DNA of 64,000 nt from an uncultured Pirellulales bacterium (lineage in GTDB: Bacteria; Planctomycetota; Phycisphaerae; Sedimentisphaerales; Anaerobacaceae): positions 825-64,824 of the forward strand of contig CAZRNB010000001.1 in NCBI GenBank assembly GCA_964601355.1. The letters run 5' to 3'. This document shows, piece after piece, positions 27,539 to 34,564 of this stretch. The position numbers and the translations under genes are program-made. Numbering within the stretch: the stretch's first letter is position 1; every line of letters begins with the position of its first letter. The notes beneath the pieces are model-generated. The model did not search any database. It saw only the letters and a list, made by a program, of their open reading frames with translations, and was not told the origin of the DNA.

Positions 27539-28432
27539 CTACGCAGTATGGCTTGCGCCACTGCAACCTGATTTTCTGCTGTGCGCATATTCAAAGAAGT
27601 TCTTTCTCATTAGCTGAGTAATACACCCGGGTTTACCGTCACCTATTACTCTGCCGTCTATTTCGACAACACCAATGACCTCGGCGGCGGTGCCGGTCAG
27701 GAATAATTCATCACAGATATATAGATCAACTCTTGTGAGATTCTTTTCAACCACCGCCAGCTTTTCTTTTTTAGCCAGCCGAATAACCACAGCTCGCGTT
27801 ATTCCTGCCAACGCCCCTGCTTCAACCGGTGGTGTATAAATCACACCATTTTTGACAATGAAGACATTGTCGCCCGTCGCTTCGGCAACATAGCCTTCGT
27901 GGTTATACATAATCGCTTCCGGCACATTGTTGTCCAGCGCCTCAATCTTGGCCAGAATGTTATTGAGATAGTTTAGGCTCTTGATCTGTGGCGGAATAGC
28001 AAGCGAATAGTTACGAACCGTCGTAGCGCTTATCACCTTCATCCCTGTTTCATAAAGCTCCCCCGGATAAAGCTGAATATTATCGGCGATGATAAACACT
28101 TTGCTGCTCTCACAAACGAAAGGATTCAGCCCCAACGTTCCTTCTCCTCGAGTAACCACCAGCCTGATGTAGCCGTCAATAACGCCGTTTGCTTCAACGG
28201 TTTTCTCGATAGCACTTGTAAGCAAGCTCTTTTCCATTGGGATTTCAAGCCGAATAACCTTAGCTGACTCGTAAAGCCGTTTTAAGTGAGCGTCAAGCTC
28301 AAAAATCCTGCGATTATAGACACGAATGCCTTCAAAAACGCCGTCGCCATAAAGCAGTCCATGATCAAAAACAGAAATTTTAGCATCCGCCTCATCAACA
28401 AGCTTATCATCAAGCCAAATCTTCAATGACAT
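27539..28432 (-). CDS. ilvE: branched-chain amino-acid aminotransferase (class IV)
   Basis: FDHGLLYGDGVFEGIRVYN, YIRLVVTRGEGTLGLNP, SLNYLNNILAKIEA and FLTGTAAEVIGVVEIDGR. Confidence 0.9.
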   Translation of the reverse strand: MSLKIWLDDKLVDEADAKISVFDHGLLYGDGVFEGIRVYNRRIFELDAHLKRLYESAKVIRLEIPMEKSLLTSAIEKTVEANGVIDGYIRLVVTRGEGTLGLNPFVCESSKVFIIADNIQLYPGELYETGMKVISATTVRNYSLAIPPQIKSLNYLNNILAKIEALDNNVPEAIMYNHEGYVAEATGDNVFIVKNGVIYTPPVEAGALAGITRAVVIRLAKKEKLAVVEKNLTRVDLYICDELFLTGTAAEVIGVVEIDGRVIGDGKPGCITQLMRKNFFEYAHSRKSGCSGASHTA

Positions 28433-28482
28433 AAAAAACCTCTACGAACTCAAAATTCCAAGCACTTTGGCATTTTAATTTT

Positions 28483-28566
28483 GTAGGGTGGGGTCATACC
28501 CCACCAATCGTTATCCTTCGTCATATAAATCAAAATGTTCGGTGGAGTAAAAGACCCCACCCTACC
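28483..28566. repeat. inverted partial copy plus 50-bp direct repeat copy 1 (28517-28566)
   Basis: gtagggtggggtcataccccacc (28483-28505) is an inverted relative of the repeat end. ttcgtcatataaatcaaaatgttcggtggAgtaaaagaccccaccctacc (28517-28566) recurs at 29200-29249 with one mismatch. Confidence 0.8.
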
Positions 28567-29179
28567 ATTCTCTTTCTCCCATCTTCCAAATAGGATAGTA
28601 ATACCAAATCGCAAGTTCGATTTGCCGCAATGCACAATCATGGAGTTCGTTATGATCCTGCTGCAGTTGCAGCAGTCTGCTACGGAAGTTAATGTAATCG
28701 CGTACTAAAATATCATTTCTTACACTGTCCTGTCTCATCCCGAGTACGACCAGCGTCCTAAAATCAACAATGCCAAACTGTATAGGATTCCAAGCAGTAA
28801 GTAGAGCGCTCGCCGTCGGGATCGCCACTCCGTCCAGTTGAGTTAACTCCCGTAATGCGTTACTAATATCATTGTCTTGTAGTACCTGTTCATCCAGATG
28901 GAATAAAGCCCTTTGCCAGCAATTGCTCACTTCGTCCTGCCTCATTTGACGCACCAAACGGGATCTCCTTTGGGACTTCCAGTGACAAATGTTTCTAAAT
29001 AAACCCAATGGAATAGAATTACGATTTGAGCGCCATTTAAGTGAATTTTGCAAATAGAACACCTTATCATCTTGTGGCAATACAGGAGCAAGATGGCATA
29101 CGAAATTCACGTATGTATAGGCATCTACTGGGCGGCTGCCGTATGAGTATTTCATACTTTTTTCCTTTGTTCTATCCAT
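28562..29179 (-). CDS. hypothetical protein, possible helix-hairpin-helix-like fold
   Basis: 205-aa ORF bracketed by the 50-bp direct repeats. The segment LDGVAIPTASALLTAWNPIQFGIVDFR resembles an HhH-type 'GvG..tAS.iL....P..f.i.D.r' motif (weak). MKYSY at 29155 has a better RBS than the first ATG. Confidence 0.5.
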   Translation of the reverse strand: MDRTKEKSMKYSYGSRPVDAYTYVNFVCHLAPVLPQDDKVFYLQNSLKWRSNRNSIPLGLFRNICHWKSQRRSRLVRQMRQDEVSNCWQRALFHLDEQVLQDNDISNALRELTQLDGVAIPTASALLTAWNPIQFGIVDFRTLVVLGMRQDSVRNDILVRDYINFRSRLLQLQQDHNELHDCALRQIELAIWYYYPIWKMGEREW

Positions 29180-29199
29180 AACAAAATCATCAAATCTTT

Positions 29200-29249
29200 T
29201 TCGTCATATAAATCAAAATGTTCGGTGGGGTAAAAGACCCCACCCTACC
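29200..29249. repeat. 50-bp direct repeat copy 2
   Basis: 49/50 identical to 28517-28566. Contains the hairpin ggtgggg-taaaaga-ccccacc. Confidence 0.8.
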
Positions 29250-29262
29250 TTAATTGATGAAT

Positions 29263-29308
29263 AGGGTTCGGGGGTCAGTAAAAACCAGACCTCTGAACCC
29301 TGATCCCT
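29263..29308. repeat. hairpin element, family C (GGGGTCA / TGACCCC type), short copy
   Basis: agggttcgggggtcagtaaaaaccagacctctgaaccctgatccct, directly 3' of lolD. Confidence 0.65.
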
Positions 29309-29311
29309 TAA

Positions 29312-30001
29312 TTAAGAACCAGCCGTCATCTTTCCATCTACCATTTTTATAATCCGTCCTGCTCTTTTTGCGACTCCTTCATTATGAGTTACCATTACAA
29401 TGGTTTGGCCGGCTTTATTTAGTTTTTCAAAGGTCTCTAAAATACCACTTCCTGTTGCCGAGTCAAGATTTCCCGTAGGTTCATCGGCTAAAAGCAGCTC
29501 AGGCTCATTCATCAGGGCCCTTCCGATAGCAACCCTTTGTCTTTCTCCGCCGGAGAGCTGGTATGGTTTATGTTCGGCTCTGTCCGTTAGACCAAGCTGA
29601 ACCAGCAGCTCTTTGGCTCGGCTTTTCGCCTGCTTTCGGCACGTGAGCCAGCCGACCACGCTTTTCGAGGCCATTGCCGGCAGATAAACGTTTTCCAATA
29701 CAGTTAATTCGTCCAATAAATGGTAGAACTGAAAAACAAATCCAATCATTTTATTACGAAACCTGTTTAATTCGCCGGAACTGTAGCTATTTAAATCCCT
29801 GCCTTCAAACTTAACTATTCCTTTATCGGGCCTGTCCAGAGCACCCAATATATGCAATAACGTGCTTTTACCACTTCCGGAAGCCCCGATTATCGCAGCA
29901 AATTCGCCCTTTTCAACAGACAAATCAACACCTTTGAGCACCTTAACTTCGGTTGCACCCATGCGATAAGATTTATATATTTCCTCGGCTCTTAACATCA
30001 A
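29312..30001 (-). CDS. lolD: ABC transporter ATP-binding protein, LolD/MacB-type
   Basis: Walker A GASGSGKST, signature LSGGERQRVAIGRAL, Walker B LLLADEPT. Adjacent to two FtsX-type permeases. Confidence 0.8.
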   Translation of the reverse strand: MMLRAEEIYKSYRMGATEVKVLKGVDLSVEKGEFAAIIGASGSGKSTLLHILGALDRPDKGIVKFEGRDLNSYSSGELNRFRNKMIGFVFQFYHLLDELTVLENVYLPAMASKSVVGWLTCRKQAKSRAKELLVQLGLTDRAEHKPYQLSGGERQRVAIGRALMNEPELLLADEPTGNLDSATGSGILETFEKLNKAGQTIVMVTHNEGVAKRAGRIIKMVDGKMTAGS

Positions 30002-30020
30002 TTGTCCTACATAAAATTGT

Positions 30021-30085
30021 GAGTAGGATTCGGGGGTCAGGGGTCGGGAGTCGGCAAAAACCTGACCCCTGATCCCTGATCCCTT
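30021..30085. repeat. hairpin element, family C, full copy
   Basis: gagtaggattcgggggtcaggggtcgggagtcgg-caaaaac-ctgacccctgatccctgatccc. Nearly identical to the copy inside lysS at 34347-34417. Confidence 0.85.
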
Positions 30086-30106
30086 AATTTTTATATTTGA
30101 TATTCT

Positions 30107-31528
30107 TTATAATTGGCTTACCTGCAAAGTCTCTATCGTATTCCGCCTTGCCGCCTGCCGGCTCGGTATAAATGCACCAATTAAACATACAGCAACCGCG
30201 GAGAAAATAATCAGTGCCAGAACATCAAACTCCACCTGATTCGGGATATCACCAATAGCATATATCGTCCTGTCCCAAAGTTGAAAACCAAAATGTTCGA
30301 AAAGCCACTGCTCAATCTGATTTATTTTCCGCAAAAATAACCAGCCGGTGAATAATCCTATTGCAGAGCCTATCAGGCCGACAGAAAAGGCAAATCCCAA
30401 AAAAAGCATAATAATATTGGTATTTGAGACACCGACGCTTTTTAGTATCCCAATATCTTTGCTTTTATGACTGATAATCATATAAAAGACAACTAAGACT
30501 ATAAAAACCGTCGTAATTCCCACGAGTGCAAATAATACGGTCATCATCGTCTGCTCTTTCTCCATGGCAGCGATGTACTCACGTCTGTACTCCTTCCAGC
30601 TTTGAACGGTTACCGTATCTAACAGGTACGCCTGCTCTTCGGCGGCTTTTCCCTGCTTAAATTTGTCCCAGAGCAAAGCGACTTTTTCGCAGCCGATGTG
30701 CAATCTGATATCGGGTTTGAACTTTATATGAATGGTGTTGACTCGTTTCAAAGGGCCATCCATACCACAAAGCCATTGGGCCTGCTCAAAAGGAATATAT
30801 ACGACAGAACCATCCACTCGGGCTAAACCGCTGTAAGAATAGTCACTATAGTAGAAATTTTGAGTGTTAATCAGCCCTAAGTCAGCTTTAGCCGGCGCAC
30901 CTTTTGCCGTCAGGGGAACACAGCTAACAGATACAGATGTTTCATCAAGACGGTCACTAAAAAAATAGTCTCCTCTCGGCCCGCGCTGCGGCGCCATAGC
31001 GATTCCCAGCCTGTTACCAACCTCGATACCCAGCACGCACCCAATGAGGTTCGGGTCGCCCTGCCCAAGGCGGGTCTGACCTCGTCCAGGCATTTGGCCT
31101 GGCCGGCCCGGCGGCTCAAATGCCTTCGAGAGATCGCCTCTGTGGTAATACAGCATCTCGCCGAAACCCGTGGTACTGCTGTGCCTGACCGGCTCGATAC
31201 CCATAATCTCCAGGCCGACCCCGCGCTCCGTCCAGCTCGGACAGACCAGCGCGTAACTTTTTATCACAGCAGATACACTATCAATAAAATCGGCCTGCTC
31301 CAATATCTTCATAAAATCTTCGTAGTATGTAAAACCAACCAATGTCTCAGTACCGACCACGCAATCCCCGGTAAAGCGGTGATTTTTCTGCTTAAAGTCA
31401 CGCACTAAGCCCGTCAGCACAGTCATTACCACTAAAACGATAAAAACGCAAAGTGCAACAGTAAGCACCACAAAATACGTTATATGGCGCTTCACCAAAT
31501 ATCTGCTTGCAAGAATAAGCTTATACAT
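30107..31528 (-). CDS. ABC transporter permease, FtsX/LolC-E family
   Basis: 473 aa. N-terminal TM, large periplasmic domain and three C-terminal TM helices (FtsX fold). KSKDIGILKSVG motif. Confidence 0.8.
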   Translation of the reverse strand: MYKLILASRYLVKRHITYFVVLTVALCVFIVLVVMTVLTGLVRDFKQKNHRFTGDCVVGTETLVGFTYYEDFMKILEQADFIDSVSAVIKSYALVCPSWTERGVGLEIMGIEPVRHSSTTGFGEMLYYHRGDLSKAFEPPGRPGQMPGRGQTRLGQGDPNLIGCVLGIEVGNRLGIAMAPQRGPRGDYFFSDRLDETSVSVSCVPLTAKGAPAKADLGLINTQNFYYSDYSYSGLARVDGSVVYIPFEQAQWLCGMDGPLKRVNTIHIKFKPDIRLHIGCEKVALLWDKFKQGKAAEEQAYLLDTVTVQSWKEYRREYIAAMEKEQTMMTVLFALVGITTVFIVLVVFYMIISHKSKDIGILKSVGVSNTNIIMLFLGFAFSVGLIGSAIGLFTGWLFLRKINQIEQWLFEHFGFQLWDRTIYAIGDIPNQVEFDVLALIIFSAVAVCLIGAFIPSRQAARRNTIETLQVSQL

Positions 31529-31541
31529 ATCTCAAAGTTTA

Positions 31542-31600
31542 GTTCATTGTTATTAGTTCATAGTTCATCGTCAATAAACAACGAACTATGAACAATGAAC
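31542..31600. repeat. hairpin element, family B (GTTCATN 7-mer arms)
   Basis: gttcattgttattagttcatagttcatcg-tcaataaaca-acgaactatgaacaatgaac. Related copies at 38344-38406 and 53882-53923. Confidence 0.75.
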
Positions 31601-31604
31601 CAAT

Positions 31605-32978
31605 CTACTCATATCGCAGGATCTCCACCGGCTTTGTCTCGGCTGCGACAATCGCAGGGATTAATGTTCCGATAGCAGCTGCTACGACGGCAAACAATAC
31701 GATAGGCAAAACCGATGACCAGTCAATATTATTCGGAATCCTGCTGAACATATAGACACTGCTTTTCCAAAGCTTCAGCCCGAAGATTATCCTAATCCAT
31801 TCCTCAAGCGTATTGATATTCTTTGTAATAATGTATGCCAAAACAGCTCCGAGACCTGAGCCGACGGCTCCTACAAAACCTCCAAAACCGAGAAACACAA
31901 GGGCTACTGAGCTGCTCGTCGTCCCGCAGCTTTTTACTATGGCGATGTCACGCTGCTTAAGCCTGACTATCATGTAGAATATACAGAATATAAGCACTAT
32001 TACACTGAAACTGACGACGCCAAAAATCAGCAATAAAACTCCCATTTGCTTTCGCAGCTCACCGGCATACTGACTCTGCATCTGTTTTGCCGTTTCAATG
32101 TCTGTATAGCCTATAAGATATGGATTTGCGTTAAGGTGCTGATTAACAAAATTCAGCCACGCGCCACGAATTTGGGCTATTGCAGCATCTGTCCTGGCAG
32201 CACTGGTGAGCTTAATTTGAATCTGGTTGGCAAGCGGCTCTTTTTCCGTCGGATATAAAACCTGCTGTAATTGTTCTATGGGAAGGTACACAAATCCTTT
32301 ATCAAGGTCATAGACGCCGGTCTGTACAATATCTACAATGGTTAATTTTAAGGCCTTTCTTTTAAACCTGATGCCGGCCTGACCACTTGATGGCGAATCT
32401 TCAGATCCTATTTTTGCACCTGTAGTGAGAACAACCTGCTGGCCAATCATGCTATCGACCACTCTGTAATCATATTCATCTGTCGTTTCATTAGGTTCGG
32501 TTATCACTGCGATCCCAACAAATCCACCGACATCGTTTGGCGAGTCCGCCACTTCAAAAGAAGGCTCCTCATCCGATTGTCCCTGTCTGCGCAAAAACTG
32601 TTTAAAGCCGGTTACCCTCGCACGTTTGGCAGGCTCAATCCCCCAAATGTGCACTGCACGCACATTGCCTTTGCCTAAATGCAGAAGTCCCTGTGACGAT
32701 AGTGTAGCCGTGGCCGCATCAACAGCAGAAATCTTCTCGAGCTGCTCAATAAATAGTGGATACTTTGCAAATGTTACCGGTGCCGAAAGAACAACGTCGC
32801 CTATTGTCTGAACCGCCGCCTGTTCAAGCATATTGATAAAACCGGTGAACAGGCTGGCCACAACAATCAACAGCGACGTTGACAACGCAACCGCAGCGAT
32901 GCTCAACAGTACAATTTTTTTCTTACAGAGGTATCGAAACCACAAAAATAATTTCAACATCTCGTTTCGGAGGTTCAA
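31605..32978 (-). CDS. ABC transporter permease, FtsX/LolC-E family
   Basis: 457 aa with the same architecture as 30107-31528. KQRDIAIVKSCG motif. Confidence 0.8.
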   Translation of the reverse strand: MNLRNEMLKLFLWFRYLCKKKIVLLSIAAVALSTSLLIVVASLFTGFINMLEQAAVQTIGDVVLSAPVTFAKYPLFIEQLEKISAVDAATATLSSQGLLHLGKGNVRAVHIWGIEPAKRARVTGFKQFLRRQGQSDEEPSFEVADSPNDVGGFVGIAVITEPNETTDEYDYRVVDSMIGQQVVLTTGAKIGSEDSPSSGQAGIRFKRKALKLTIVDIVQTGVYDLDKGFVYLPIEQLQQVLYPTEKEPLANQIQIKLTSAARTDAAIAQIRGAWLNFVNQHLNANPYLIGYTDIETAKQMQSQYAGELRKQMGVLLLIFGVVSFSVIVLIFCIFYMIVRLKQRDIAIVKSCGTTSSSVALVFLGFGGFVGAVGSGLGAVLAYIITKNINTLEEWIRIIFGLKLWKSSVYMFSRIPNNIDWSSVLPIVLFAVVAAAIGTLIPAIVAAETKPVEILRYE

Positions 32979-34564
32979 TCTTTAAAAGGTTTCAGAAGTG
33001 GAAACAATACGACATCACGAATACTCAAAGCGCCGGTCAAGACCATAACCAATCTGTCAATTCCGATACCCAATCCACCTGCCGGCGGCATACCATACTT
33101 CAGCGCCGTTATATAGTCCTGGTCCATTTTGGTTAGTGATTCTTCCTGGCCGCGAAGCTGCGTAAGAAAATTCTCATATTGTTCCGCAGGGTCATTCAAC
33201 TCAGTATATGCATTCGCCAGCTCCATCTGGGCGACGAACAATTCAAATCGCTCGGCAAATCTTCCGTCATCCTTTTTACGTCTGGCTAAAGGACACAATA
33301 CGGCCGGATAATCAATCACAAACGTCGGGGCAATGAGATGCTCCTCAACGGTGGTCTCAAATACCTCATTGGTAACTACCGCGTCATCCAAAACATCCTC
33401 TTCTATACCGAGCGATTTTGCTTTTATTCTGATAGCTTGTATATCATCAATATTACAGCCGCTGTATTGCTTTAGAAGGTCCGCGTATCGGGCTCGCCGC
33501 CAGGGCCGCGTGAAATCCACAGCCATTTCGCCGAACATCACCCCATTAGAAATTTCTCCCTGAGAGGTAATCGCCTTCTTTTCGTTATTTCCAACGGGGT
33601 GAATCTGTTTGGCCGCGCTAAGTTTTTCCGCGCATGCGGAGATAGCATCCTCAGCCAATTCCATCATCACATTGTAATCAGCGTACGCTTGATACGCTTC
33701 GAGCATCGTAAATTCCGGATTGTGGTATCTGCTGATTCCTTCGTTGCGGAAGCTGCGATTTATCTCGAAGACCTTTTCCATCCCGCCCACCAGCAGTCTC
33801 TTGAGAAACAGCTCCGGCGAAATCCGCAGGAATAAATCCATATCAAGACTATTATGGTGCGTTATGAAAGGCTTTGCCGCGGCTCCGCCGGCTATGGTCT
33901 GCATCATCGGCGTCTCGACTTCCAGAAAACCCTTCGATACAAGGAGCTGGCGAATCGCAGCAATGACGTCGCTGCGTTTTTTAAACCGCTCCAGCACCTC
34001 AGGATTAGCCCACAGGTCAACGTATCTCTGCCGGTAGCGCAGGTCAATATCCGCCAGACCGTGAAACTTTTCCGGCGGCGGATACAAACACTTGCTCAAA
34101 AGTGTAAGGCGGTCAACCCAAATGGTTATCTCTCCCGTTTGGGTCCTGCCCAATTGACCGGCAGCACCGATTATATCACCAAGCTCAAGCAGCTTGGCAA
34201 GCTGCCAATCGTTTGCATTGGTTCCAATCAGACCCTTGCTCAAGCCGACCTGGATGGTTCCGCTGCTGTCACGCAGAGTAATAAATATCAGCTTGCCAAT
34301 ATCCCTCAGCAGCACAATCCTGCCTGCACAATTGGCACGCCCCGATGAGTAGGATTCGGGGGTCAGGGGTCGGGGGTCGGCAAAAACCTGACCCCTGAAC
34401 CCTGATCCCTGACCCCTTGCCGGGTCTTTGAATCTGCGCTTTACATCTTCAGCCGGCTCCGTATCCTCATATCTGCCGCCGTACGGCTCAATACCAAGCT
34501 GCTTAATTTGGTTCAGCTTTTCCTGTCTTTGTCGTTCAAATTTATCTTGTTTTGTATCTTGCAT
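32975..34564 (-). CDS. lysS: lysine--tRNA ligase (class II)
   Basis: RYRQRYVDL, EVETPMMQ..GGAAAKPF, FRNEGIS..HNPEFTMLE and GGLGIGIDRLVM. Contains a repeat insertion at 34347-34417. Confidence 0.95.
   Translation of the reverse strand: MQDTKQDKFERQRQEKLNQIKQLGIEPYGGRYEDTEPAEDVKRRFKDPARGQGSGFRGQVFADPRPLTPESYSSGRANCAGRIVLLRDIGKLIFITLRDSSGTIQVGLSKGLIGTNANDWQLAKLLELGDIIGAAGQLGRTQTGEITIWVDRLTLLSKCLYPPPEKFHGLADIDLRYRQRYVDLWANPEVLERFKKRSDVIAAIRQLLVSKGFLEVETPMMQTIAGGAAAKPFITHHNSLDMDLFLRISPELFLKRLLVGGMEKVFEINRSFRNEGISRYHNPEFTMLEAYQAYADYNVMMELAEDAISACAEKLSAAKQIHPVGNNEKKAITSQGEISNGVMFGEMAVDFTRPWRRARYADLLKQYSGCNIDDIQAIRIKAKSLGIEEDVLDDAVVTNEVFETTVEEHLIAPTFVIDYPAVLCPLARRKKDDGRFAERFELFVAQMELANAYTELNDPAEQYENFLTQLRGQEESLTKMDQDYITALKYGMPPAGGLGIGIDRLVMVLTGALSIRDVVLFPLLKPFKD
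34347..34417. repeat. family C hairpin element inserted in-frame in lysS
   Basis: gagtaggattcgggggtcaggggtcgggggtcggcaaaaacctgacccctgaaccctgatccctgacccct encodes ARGQGSGFRGQVFADPRPLTPESYS, N-terminal to the anticodon-binding OB fold. Confidence 0.85.

Noticed and set aside
28517-29249. Integron-type gene cassette with attC sites
   Set aside because: There is no integrase in the window. The repeats are direct 50-mers without the R''/L''-L'/R' organisation or the GTTRRRY core of attC. It is kept only as a generic repeat-bracketed insertion.
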